From Rhynchobatus australiae (lineage: Eukaryota), in contig JAUZTB010000069.1 in the NCBI GenBank assembly GCA_034780895.1, positions 19,312,582 through 19,376,581 on the forward strand: a stretch of DNA of 64,000 nt. The letters are read 5' to 3'. The position numbers and the translations under genes were made by a program. The notes under the pieces were generated by a model. It saw only the letters and a list, made by a program, of their open reading frames with translations. It searched no databases and was not told the origin of the DNA. This document shows, in pieces, positions 37,789-47,959 of the stretch. How positions within the stretch are numbered: the stretch's first letter is position 1; the number at the start of each line of letters is the position of its first letter.

Positions 37789-37979
37789 CTGTCACTAAAA
37801 TGTTGCAGGTCAGAGCTCCTGCTCAGACTGCTGCTCACAGGCTAGGTTATAGCAGCCCACAGGGGTAAGCAGTCCTTGGGGACATTAAGGGAAGTCTAGA
37901 CAGTCTTTCTTCAATCTTAGACAGCTGATCTTCCACAAAATCTCTCCTCTGTGTCCTGAACTTGACTCCTGGCTCTGGC
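37789..37979 (-). pseudogene. Pseudogene exon 3 (191 nt, phase 2-1)
   Basis: ctttcctactttctatctaag| acceptor and CAG|gtagga donor. Frame reads PEPGVKFRTQRRDFVEDQLSKIEERLSRLPLMSPRTAYPCGLL*PSL*AAV*AGALTCNILVT. Confidence 0.75.
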
Positions 37980-38314
37980 CTTAGATAGAAAGTAGGAAAG
38001 TTCCTCTCATATGCAGGCTCTTTCACAGTCTGTAATCATTGTTCCATTCAATCCTTACCATGGCATATACGCACACATACTTTCAATAGAGGACAAACAC
38101 ATTATACAGAAATCCACCTCCCTCGTCTTCCTTATGACTCCAACAGATCTATTCATTACATTCTATTTACCCTTATAAATCTCAATTCTATAGCTTTAAG
38201 AATTACTAACAACGTTCTCTTTAATCTGTTTACAGGGCTGGCGATTTCCAATCACCTGCAGCAACCAATCTCCTGACCCCACTCCTGGCTCTCAATCAAC
38301 CTTGTCAAGGTCTT

Positions 38315-38490
38315 TGCATTTTATTTGTCTACCTGCACTACAGTTTCTCTGTAACTGTAACACTATACTGCATTCTGTTTTCTTTTTACCACCTCCGTGC
38401 AATTATGTATAGCATAATCTATCTGGATGGCATGCAAAACAAAACGCTTTTCACTGTATCTCGGTACATGGGACAATAATACAGCAAATA
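38315..38490 (+). mobile_element. Rex1-type 3' tail
   Basis: Highly similar to 16160-16320 (ctctgtaactg..acact..ctgcattctgttt...tttcactgtatctcggtacatg). Confidence 0.8.
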
Positions 38491-39076
38491 CCCCTTTCTC
38501 CCTTATCCCTTTCCCCCACCTCTCGCTCTCCTCGCCCAGCAGATCCCACACAAACTGCACTTTGGAAACTAACTTTGCCATCACCTATAGAGCAGAGGAC
38601 TTCCCTCCTCCCTTAACCACTCAGTTCCCTCCCAGACATCCTTCACCCACTCCAGCCATCCATCACAGGTCTGGATACATACCCCTACGGTGGGCCCATG
38701 TCCTTTGACCCACGCCACAACTTCTCCACTCACCCTCTGCCCTCACCTCCCATCTGTATGCTCTGCCCTTTCAGAGGGTAAACCAGGAATGGTTAAGGAG
38801 AAGCCAGTGATAGAGAGTTAAACAGCTTCTGGGAAGAGGAGTGGATCAGCTCTGAAGGAGTTAGTGTAGGAGGCAGAGTGATGCGAGTGATTACACAGAG
38901 CAATATGAGTGGAGGAGGATACTCATTGAAGGTTTGTGTCTGTGCTGGAACTGCATTAATCTCCGCCAAAGCATTTAGATAAACAAAGGGAGATAACGTC
39001 GTAAAGATGCAGAAATCTTGAGTGAGCCCTGGACAAACTGCTTTCATAAACAGACATTCCTGACAGACTACCTCAC

Positions 39077-39133
39077 CGAAACCAAGAGCCTGTGGAAAGC
39101 CAGACCTTCAATTACCAGTTAAGCAGGGACTGT
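39077..39133 (-). pseudogene. Pseudogene exon 2 (57 nt, phase 2-2)
   Basis: ctttgttatttctgtgctag| acceptor and TCG|gtgagg donor. Frame reads QSLLNW*LKVWLSTGSWFR. Confidence 0.65.
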
Positions 39134-39439
39134 CTAGCACAGAAATAACAAAGCGGTGAAAAGGAATGTGCAAGGGGTGAGAATCCCAGAGGAAGTGGGA
39201 ACAGAATTGTCAGGAGTGATGATGTCTGCAACAACTTCCAGTTTTTAGTCATTAGCCCCTCAACAACCTCAAGGCTCCCTGATGAAATGTGGGGCCCAGA
39301 CCCCAGCAAAGCACCCCCCTCCACCCCTGGAAATCCCTGTTCCCATGCAGATCCCAGGTGAAATGTCTGCTTTCAAGATAATTCCTGGTGTAAGTGTCCA
39401 ATTTAAAGAAATTATTCGTAAAGCAATAGCTGTCATCCA

Positions 39440-40500
39440 TTCAACTAAGTGAGATGATGTATATATACAGATGTGGCAGAAATGCAGACCTGTTGGTTGT
39501 GGGATTGCTTAACTCTGTCCACTCCATGCCGCTTTTGCTGTTTAGTATGCAGGTACTTCGGTGTTGCAACCTTGCTGGGTTGGAACCTTTGTTTTAAGTA
39601 TATATGGGATGCTCTTCTGCCCTCTTCATTGATCCAGGGTTGGTGCCCTGCTTGATTGTAATGTTGGGCATATGCCAGGCTATGAAACTACAGACTGTGA
39701 TGGAGTACACTTCTGCTACTGCTCATGGTCCAGAGTGCCTCATGGATGCCTGGGATTGAACTTGCAGGTCTGTACTGACAATATTCAATTGAGCATGGTG
39801 GGGGGTGCCCTCAGCCTGAAGATAGAACTTTACCTTCACAGGCTGTGCAGTGGTCACCCCATCAATGCAATCATAGACATAAGCATCTACAACAGACTGG
39901 TGGGCGAAGATGAGCTCAGGTAAGTTCATCCCTCATGTTGGTTCATTTGCCACCTGTCCTTCAGGACTCAGTCTGTCCTGATGGACATTGAGGTCAACAC
40001 GTAAGAGTACATTCTGTGCCCTTGCTACTTTCAGTGCTTTATTCAAGTGTTGGTTAATGTGGAGGAACACTGATTCATCAGCTGGGGGAGGATAGGAAGG
40101 AAGAACTGCGAGGAGGTTTCCTTGCCCATATTTGACCTGATGCCACTAGGGTTTGGGATCAATAGTGAGGACTCCCAGGGCTACTTCCTCCTGCTTGTAT
40201 ACCAATATATTACTATCTTGGTGGGACAGTCCTGCCAGGGTTTGTATTGGTGGACAGCATGGCTGGTCAGCTATAGAGTACAATTCGATGAATATGACTC
40301 TATCAGGCTCTTGCTTGATTAATCTGTGGGACAACCCTCCCAATTTAAGCACAGTCCCCAAGCCCCAGATATGCAATGAGGAGGATTTTGCAAGGTCAAC
40401 TGGGCTGGGAGCAACTTTGCTGTGTTTGAATTCTGTCCTTGGTGGGCCTGCAGTGTTACCTTTATTTGGCTTTAATGTAGTGATTATGATAGTTTAAGAG
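39440..40500 (-). mobile_element. Second CR1-type LINE family, 5' ORF2 endonuclease region
   Basis: ORF 40146..40376(-) reads IWGLGTVLKLGGLSHRLIKQEPDRVIFIELY...VYKQEEVALGVLTID, a decayed APE endonuclease. Confidence 0.75.
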
Positions 40501-40790
40501 GGCTGTTGAAAGACAATGCTCTGAGCCCAGTGTCAGATATAGGTCAGACAAGGTAAGGAGACAGATTTCCCCCTGTGAAAGACATTAGTGAACCAGACTG
40601 AATTTTAGACCATCTAGTAATCTCACAGTCACCAATACAGAGACTAGTGCTTTCATCATTAATTCCAAAAGATTTAAATAATTGAATTTAAATTGCACAG
40701 GTGTCATGGTGGGAACTGAAAATGTATCTCTAGATTGTTAGTCCAGCCATTCTGGATTACTCACCCAGTAATTTAACCACTGCCACTATC
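40500..40790 (-). mobile_element. tRNA-derived elasmobranch SINE
   Basis: The reverse complement reads gtggcagtggttaaattactgggtgagtaatccaga...ttcccaccatgacacc...tttaaattcaa...ctggttcactaatgtctttcac. Same family as 54670-54905. Confidence 0.7.
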
Positions 40791-40859
40791 CAGTGGGAAC
40801 TAGGATTTTTGGAAGTAACCACTGGGAAAACGACAATGCTCAGTGCTTGAGCCTTGGCT

Positions 40860-41635
40860 ATTTAAATTATGTATACAGATTTTCTAACATTACAATACTT
40901 GCAGGGAAAGTGAGCTCAGAAGAGATCCAAGAGGATGCAGTGAAACCAACATGTTAAACGAATGGGCAAAAAGATGGCAGACGGAGTATAATGTGACGGA
41001 ATGTGAAATTATCCTGTTTGGTGGAAAAAAAAGAGAACAGAATATTTTTTTTAAACTGAGAGAGATTAAAAATGGAGGTGAGCAGTGGGAAATTAACCAG
41101 CAGGTGCCGTGAGCAATTGAAAAGCAAATACGATGTCAGTCTTTATTACAGAAGGATTAGAGTACAAGAAGAAAAAAAAGTTTACTGAAATTACAGAGGA
41201 CTTTAGCAAAGCCACACCTGGAGTCTTTTATCTTCTTACCGAAAGAAGAAAAACATGCATTAGCGAGGTCCCAAAGACTTGGGATTGTCCAAGAGGACCG
41301 ACTCCGTAGTCCATCCTATATTTCCTAAAGTTTTGAAGAATCACATGAAACATGTAGAATCCTTAAGAGGTGTGACAGGGAAGATGTCCTCCTGACGAGC
41401 TTGGTCATAATGTCAGGATAGGGGCTGGTGATTTAGGACCAACTGAGGGGAAATGTCTTCACTCAGGATATTCTGTACTCCCAAAGGTCTGTCATGGTCA
41501 ATCAGTGATGTCAGCAAATCTTGGACACTGCGAGGGTCAAAGAATCAAAGGGATGGTATCGATGTCAAACATCACACAATCTTATTGGATGGCAGAGCAG
41601 GCCCAAGGTTTGTATGCATGCTCCTTCTCATTGTT
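40860..41635 (+). mobile_element. CR1 LINE 3' half (decayed)
   Basis: gaatgggcaaaaagatggcagacggagtataatgtg encodes EWAKRWQTEYNV; GLEYK motif; CR1 tail. Confidence 0.8.
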
Positions 41636-42629
41636 TTGTTTTTCCAGTTATTTTCTTCCAACTGGGTATCCAATAGAAATCACATCTTCCCAGTGGATTC
41701 CAGCTCTCCCACAAGCCTTTGAAGTTGTTTCCATGTGGTGTCAACTCAGTCACAAGAATGGGACTTCGTAACAAAGAGTTAAGACAAGATAAGATTTCTT
41801 TATTAGTCACATGTACATCGCAACACACAGTTAAATGCAGTGAGTTAGGGGGAAGGATAAAACAAAGGTCACAGGAAGATTCAGCCTAGATCATTTCAAC
41901 AGTATTTCTTAAACTAAGACATTTCTTAAACTGTAATTATTGCCATCAACAATTCATTACTCACAGCAGCCTACTATAGAGTAAACAATGCTAATTAACT
42001 ACGGCAACCTCCCCTAGAAAACACAGCTTAAATTTTCCCAAGCAAATACATTGAAGAAAAGTTACATGCGAATTGTGTTCATAAAATCAATTCCAGTCAT
42101 TACTGCAGTGTGATCACCAAACTTGCACGAGAGGGGAACTACTCAACCATCTCCATTTGATTGGCCATAATATTGTCACTAAATTCAGCCTCCCTTGAAG
42201 GGACAGAGGAAAAAAATTAGGAGAATAGCATTAATTGAGTGTAGAGTGAGAAGTTTCAGATGATTAGAGTGGATAAGGGGTATAGAGAGAAAACATTTCC
42301 TCTGGTGGTGAGTCAAAAAGGGCACATCCCTAAAATTGGGGGTATTGTCAGACTTCACGCAAAGGGCAATGGAAACTTACAACTCCCTCCCCCAAAGAGC
42401 TGTTGAGGCTGGGGTAAACAAATGACTCAGAAGTGAGACTCACAGATTTTTGTTACGTGTATACATAAAGGATTATGTAACCACTGCGGACAAATGGAGT
42501 TAGGATGCAGATTAACAATCATCTGATAGAGTAGGGAACCAACTCAAGACCCTGAACGGCCTCCAGCTATTCCAAAGTTTACATGTTATGTTCAGTTAGA
42601 ACCATCCAAATTTACAATTGGGCGATCCA

Positions 42630-42830
42630 GCTCCCTCACCCACTGGCCTCCTCAACAACCAACTCCCTCACTGAGTGAGTTCCTAGCCCACCTACCTGCT
42701 TTACTACCAATTGCCTCACCCAATGACTCCTTTACCGAGTGACTCCCTCACCCTCCAATTCCCTCAGCGAGTGACTCCCTCACCCTCCAATTCCCTCAGC
42801 GAGTGACTCCCTCGCCCACCGACTCATTCA
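42630..42830. repeat. Short tandem repeat (16/32-bp gagtgactccctcacc... units)
   Basis: Two perfect 32-bp copies of gagtgactccctcaccctccaattccctcagc plus degenerate flanks. Confidence 0.8.
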
Positions 42831-42889
42831 CTAACAATTATTAAAACATTGACCTTACCTTCAACGAATAACAAAGAGAAGAGCCCTCA

Positions 42890-43300
42890 CCGTTCGCGGG
42901 GCAGCCGATTTCTCCCACCTATCAGCATGGGGGTCGCAGGGAGACTTGCGCCGGGTCAAACCCGGGACATCTGCTTGATGAGGCCGGGCCGGGGGAAGGG
43001 GTCATGCTCCCCGCTGCATTCCGTGCGGCGTCCACCGGAGCAGCAAGGGGTAAGTGCCCTAGCAACTTCCAAGGGGACAGCCGGGGTAAACGGTGCTGAC
43101 GGCGGGGTGGAAAATAATCTCCCGCCATTCATTCGCTTACTCCTCCCCTCTCCCTGGCGACCGCTGGGGTTAGGGGAGACCAACCCTGGCGACCCTGTGA
43201 TGATCTTCGGACAACATATCGGGCCCATCACAAATACCTCCGTAACATTGCCTTCTCCACCCTCAGCCACCCCTTCCCCTGGATGCCAATTCTGACGCAG
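42890..43300 (-). promoter_or_regulatory. CpG-island promoter with X-box-like, E2F-like and GC-box motifs
   Basis: CpG-rich. GTTGCTAGGGCAC(-) at 43054-43066 (RFX X-box-like), GGCGGGAGA(-) at 43118-43126 and ggcggggtgg at 43101-43110. Confidence 0.7.
42891..42970 (-). pseudogene. Pseudogene exon 1 (coding part)
   Basis: Reads MSRV*PGASLPATPMLIGGRNRLPRE(R) and ends at ACG|gtgagg (phase 2, compatible with exon 2). An alternative donor AAG|gtaagg lies at 42859/42858. Confidence 0.55.
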
Positions 43301-43534
43301 CCTCTCTTCTCCCCTGTATAACCTGAAGGTCGACCATCATTCTGCCGCCTTTGTCCAAACCCACACCAAGTCTTGCTCACGCATTGTCCTGTGCTCGCTT
43401 ATCCTACCCCGGCTCCGGCCTCGGGGAATAGATTGATGTTCAAAATTCGGAACCTTGTTTCCAAATTCCTCCACGTAGCTTGTCCCTAAACTGTAAATCT
43501 CCTCCAACCCTATAACGAACGGCCGATACTTGCA

Positions 43535-44030
43535 CTGGGCTTTACGTGACCTCAGGATGTCCCAAGGCAGACGGCAGGCAACAAATGATCTACTTTTAAA
43601 GTGTAATCACTGTTTTAATAAAGGAAATGTGGCTGCTAATCTATACACTGCAAGAGCCCATAGATATTCGCATAGTGACCAAGATAACTCAATTGTTCTT
43701 CTTCACACTGCTACCGTGGGACCTTTGCTGCTATGCCAGAGGGTAGCTGAGGCCTCAGGTTAATGTCTCCTTTTAAAGAGTTCGCAAGACTTGGTTTGGA
43801 GTTGGACAAAGGTGGCAGAGTGATGGTTGACCTCAGTGTTATGTAGGGGAGGAGAGAGGCCACATCAAAATAGGCATCCAGAGGAATAAAGGGGTGACAG
43901 TGCAGCACTTTCTCAGTTCTTCATTGAATTAACAGCTTAGATTTCTGTGCTGAAGTCTCTGGAGTCAGACTTCAACCTTCTGGCTGCAAAGTGAGAGTGC
44001 AGCCATTTGAGTCAAAGCTGACATTCAGTG
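43535..44030 (-). mobile_element. Deu-domain SINE (near full length)
   Basis: ttttaaagtgtaatcactgttttaataaaggaaatgtggctgctaatctatacactgcaagagccca...gacagtgcagcactttctcagt...ctctggagtcagacttcaacc. Confidence 0.8.
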
Positions 44031-44269
44031 CTCTGAGGTACCTGAAGCTCTCACCCCAGTTTCTTGAGCAACACTGATCTTTACTGGCCCACAACTGGCA
44101 GCCATCCCTCAGCTCCCAACATTGTCAGGAATTCTCTCCCTAAACCTCTGTCTCTCTACCTCCCTTTCTACTACTTCCTCCTTAAAACCTACCCGGTGCA
44201 TTCTTTAGATATTTCTGTGTCAAATATTGGTAAGATCTCATAAAGCATTGACTATGCTGATGGTGTAAG

Positions 44270-44990
44270 GTGATTTTAAGTTGTTATTGGAATGTGCAGA
44301 AGTATGGCAGATGCTGGATACCTGATGCAAGTTGGGAGAAATAACTTAGGAAGGAAATATAGTGTAACTAGCACAACTCTGAAAAGTGAATAGAAAGATC
44401 TTGGCATCCATATCCTTATAGAGGTCACAGCCAATTAAAAAAAAGCTTATGGATTATTTGGTGTTGTTAATGGAAACCTAGGATCTAAAAGCAAAGAGAC
44501 CAACTTTATAAATCACTGATTACACCTCATTTGGATAAATACTTCAGGAAAGATGTGATGGTAGGGGGCATTTTACCAGGATGTTACCAGGGATGAGGGA
44601 GTTAACATGAGGATAAGTTGGAAAAATTAGAACTGTTCTCCATGACCTAACAGGGATTTTCAACACAATGAAAGATTTGACAGTGGTGACTGAGCAGAAA
44701 AACTAAATCTGCACTGGCAAATGTGTCAGTAGCTAGTAGTCGTAGATTTAATACCATTAGGGAAAGTTCTAAAGGGAGATGAGGAGAAATCCTTCACTCA
44801 AGGTTGTTGGAATATGGAATCCCTGATCTGAAAAGCTGCAGGAGTTGATTCACAATTACTAAGGAGCTGGACAGAAGGGAGAGCATTGTGGGTGACAGGA
44901 TGCAAGACCATGAACAACTGCTGTTTCAAAGAGCCAGTACAAACACAATGGGGTGAATGGTCTCCTGAGGAACTCTAAGATGTCTAATTC
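44270..44990 (+). mobile_element. CR1 LINE 3' half (decayed)
   Basis: Decayed DLGI.I, LYKSLI.PHL and FTRMLPGMR motifs; gagatgaggagaaatccttcactcaaggttgttggaatatggaat. Confidence 0.75.
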
Positions 44991-45519
44991 ATGGAGAACC
45001 CAGTCTCACTGTGTTGGTTTACAAATATTTAAAGCTTTTCCGTTTGCCTTGTTCCAATTAAACACAGGAATGCAAGTGAAATAAAAATGAATAGTTTGTA
45101 GTTGCAATACCTTTGTTCTTCTAAAATTTGGTTTATACCNNNNNNNNNNNNNNNNNNNNNNNNNNNNNNNNNNNNNNNNNNNNNNNNNNNNNNNNNNNNN
45201 NNNNNNNNNNNNNNNNNNNNNNNNNNNNNNCCAGCAGTGAATTCATTCACAAATTCTAAGATAACTTTATGAAACACGGAAGGAATGTGGCATATGTTCT
45301 GATCAAAGGTAGCTTCCTGGCCCTTTCTTCCCTGATGTTGCTGCTCCCTAGTGTTGTGCTGGTGAGATCACTGTTTTCTGCAGTAAACCAGACACTACAA
45401 GGTTTCAGGGCCCCTCAGTGTGTGAACATTGCAAACCTTACAGAGATTCAAAACTGCTGCAGCTCACATTCACACCCCTGTTCCTCGACTTGTATCACCA
45501 GCCTGATGTTGAGCATTAT

Positions 45520-46060
45520 AATTCAAAAGGATGACAAAGCCTTGGAGAGGGTGCAGAGATTTACCAGATTGGTACCAGGATTGTGGTTACATGACGAGAC
45601 TGGAGAAGCTGGGACCTTTCCCAGGAGCAAAAAAGATTGTGAACCAACTTGATCGAAATGATCGTAACTGGGAATTGATTTGATAGGGCAAATAAAGAGA
45701 AACTGCTTCCAGTGGTAGGAGGGTCAGTAATGGAAGGAAATAGATGTAAAGATCCAGAGGTGAGATCAGATGAAATGTTTTTACTGAGTCACTGTAACCT
45801 AGAATGTCTGAAGGGAGTATGAAACAGAATAAATTCATCTTTAAAAGGGAATTGGATACATACTTGAAAAGGAAAAATTGCAGTGGTATGGGAAAGAGTG
45901 GCTCTAATTGGATAATTGGAAGGAAACTCGCTGCTCTTGCCCAGCACAAGCCCACATGTGACAACAGTGAGGTTGATTCTTAACTGACCCCCTGAAGTGT
46001 CCCAGCAAGCCTCACAGTTCAGAGCAACGAGGAATGGACAGATCCCAAAAATGAACCCCA
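45520..46060 (+). mobile_element. CR1 3' fragment followed by SINE tail
   Basis: KDDKALERVQRFTRLVPGL within ORF 45269..45652; SINE tail gtgaggttgattcttaactgaccccctgaa. Confidence 0.75.
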
Positions 46061-46504
46061 AAAAGATTTGGATGAGATTCCAACATGTTTGTAAATGAGA
46101 AAGGAAGTTCCTTCCAAAACTGAACAAATTTGAAATCACCATAATGCAATCCAGAGTAGCAGCTTGAGAGGATTAAAGAGGGATCAACTACGGATCTGTC
46201 GGCCACAGTATTACTGTAATGAAGAGGTTTAGATTTTATCAGTCACATGCCAGTGTTCAATCTCTGGAAAACAAACTCTCATTTGAAGCCTAATCAGATT
46301 ACAATTCACAAAATTGTCACAATTACTTTTCCTCCATTTTATTGCTGACAATAAACAGTTACACAATGGGGGAAGAGGGTGGGAATTGTGGGAACTGACT
46401 GATCTATCAATAATGTGACCTGTCACTGAGTAACTACCCTCAGTTAATGCAGCTCTGCTGCATGCAATTGTAAGGCCAATCATAATACAGCCCAATTGTT
46501 CCAT

Positions 46505-46680
46505 CAACACTGCAGCCTGTCACTGTGACACTGACTGTTCCCTCGACGCTGCAGCCTGTCACTGTGACACTGACTGTTCCCTCGACGCTGCAGCCTGTCA
46601 CTGTGACACTGTTCCCTCAGTACTGCAGCCTGTCACTGTGACACTGTTCCCTCAGTATTGCAGCCCTGTCACTGTGAAGC
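46505..46680. repeat. 32-36-bp minisatellite (ctgcagcctgtcactgtgacactgttccctc...), 5 units
   Basis: Direct tandem units are visible. Confidence 0.9.
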
Positions 46681-47959
46681 AGGTTAACTGATTAAGCTGT
46701 CCCTAAATACAATTGCCTTATCAGGAGTAGGAAATGGTTCTCTGTTTCTTTGAAAGTTGATTTGATTGGACTGTGAATGGCAAGTTCTCCACAAATTTCC
46801 AGCTGTCAGTGGAACAGATTCATGGAGTGAGCTGAGCTCAGAAGTTTGAGAATTATTTATAAATTATGGCTGCCAGCTGTTTGCTGTCTTTTCTCTGGGA
46901 GTCATGATTACCTGCCAGCTATTTAGGGTGTGATAGATTGTTCATTGATGTTGCCCCCACAGTGAGCGCCAGGGGGATAGATCGACAGTTCACCACAGTC
47001 AAAGCATTCCTGGTCTCATCCAGTACCCACACGCACACCCATATGTACACACAGGCAGGACCCTCTCATTTGCATACACGCACATGCACACCTGGGTGCA
47101 GACACATGAACACAGATGCAAATGTTCACGTGCAGACATTCATCCACACATGCACACACATATAATCATTCGCATGTAATAAAGCAGAAAATGCTGGAAA
47201 CACTCAGCTGGTCAGGTAGCATCTGTGGAAAGAAAAACAGTTAATGTTTCAGGTCAATGACTGCTACAGGAGCACACATGTGGAGAACAGTTGTTCTATA
47301 GATGAGGGGCAAGTATATAACAGTTCTCCCTCTGGGACGGTATTGGGATCACTGTGCTTTTTAATGACTTGGCCTTGGGTATGCAGGATCTCTCTTCAAG
47401 GTTAGCACATTACAACATGTTCTCAGGAAGGTAGAACCTGCAGAATCGATATTAACTTTCAAAGGCAAAATTTTTAAAAATGCTCAAAGTGAAACAAGTT
47501 GCATTAGCTGGGGAAGGAACTTATTGGATAGCTCTTTCAAAGACCCAATACAGGTATGAAGGATGGAACAGTCTCCTGTTGTGTCAATGATCCTTCCACA
47601 GATTCCTTCTGTTCTCCAGTGTCAGTGAATCTGCCCTGTGTGTCGTTGATACTCTGCTGTAACATGCAGTGGTTGAAAGGCTCTGGATATCAAACCTCCT
47701 GGGACAAAGGTTAGAGTTAAAGCTGTTCAACAAGCCGGAAATCCCATTGGGTCAGTAACGTGGTCACAGTCAGGTAGTCTGACAGCTCCCTCTGTTGATA
47801 ACCGGCTCTCTGTGGCTTCAGTCAGAGCAAGGTTCAGGACTCAGCCTGATTCAAAGTTGCTCCTGGTCATTCCTGCCTCTCCCAACAGTTTGAATCGTAC
47901 GGTTATCTTGAGCAGTTCCTCAGCACTGAGGGTGACTTGCTTTCACTCCTTTTAGTTCT

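Larger units (their letters stand above)
29213..42970 (-). pseudogene. Multi-exon (7 or more exons) pseudogene of a Mab-21/cGAS-like nucleotidyltransferase-fold protein, ITPRIP/MB21D2-like
   Basis: Canonical AG/GT exons with compatible phases (2,2,1,1,1). The spliced translation has collinear motifs RRDFVEDQLSKIEERLSRLP, GALTCNILV, LLFPLYPG, V*NWLQGLLVGWCQLA, GEMLWDLLEPV, NHFWGLPFA, NRKLTG, LHLVEQ*SPTLWD, LKHQFL.GK..MP and FEEVEP that resemble remembered ITPRIP/MB21D2 sequences. At least 10 in-frame stops plus frameshifts. Confidence 0.75.

Noticed and set aside
34969-39133. Idea that the in-frame TGA/TAA codons are recoded (selenocysteine, read-through or RNA editing)
   Set aside because: All three stop types occur and exons 6-7 need frameshifts. 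Pseudogenisation is far simpler.
42849-43295. 148-aa plus-strand and 104-aa minus-strand ORFs in the CpG island
   Set aside because: GC-rich sequence is stop-poor and no domain is recognisable. The region is better explained as promoter plus exon 1.
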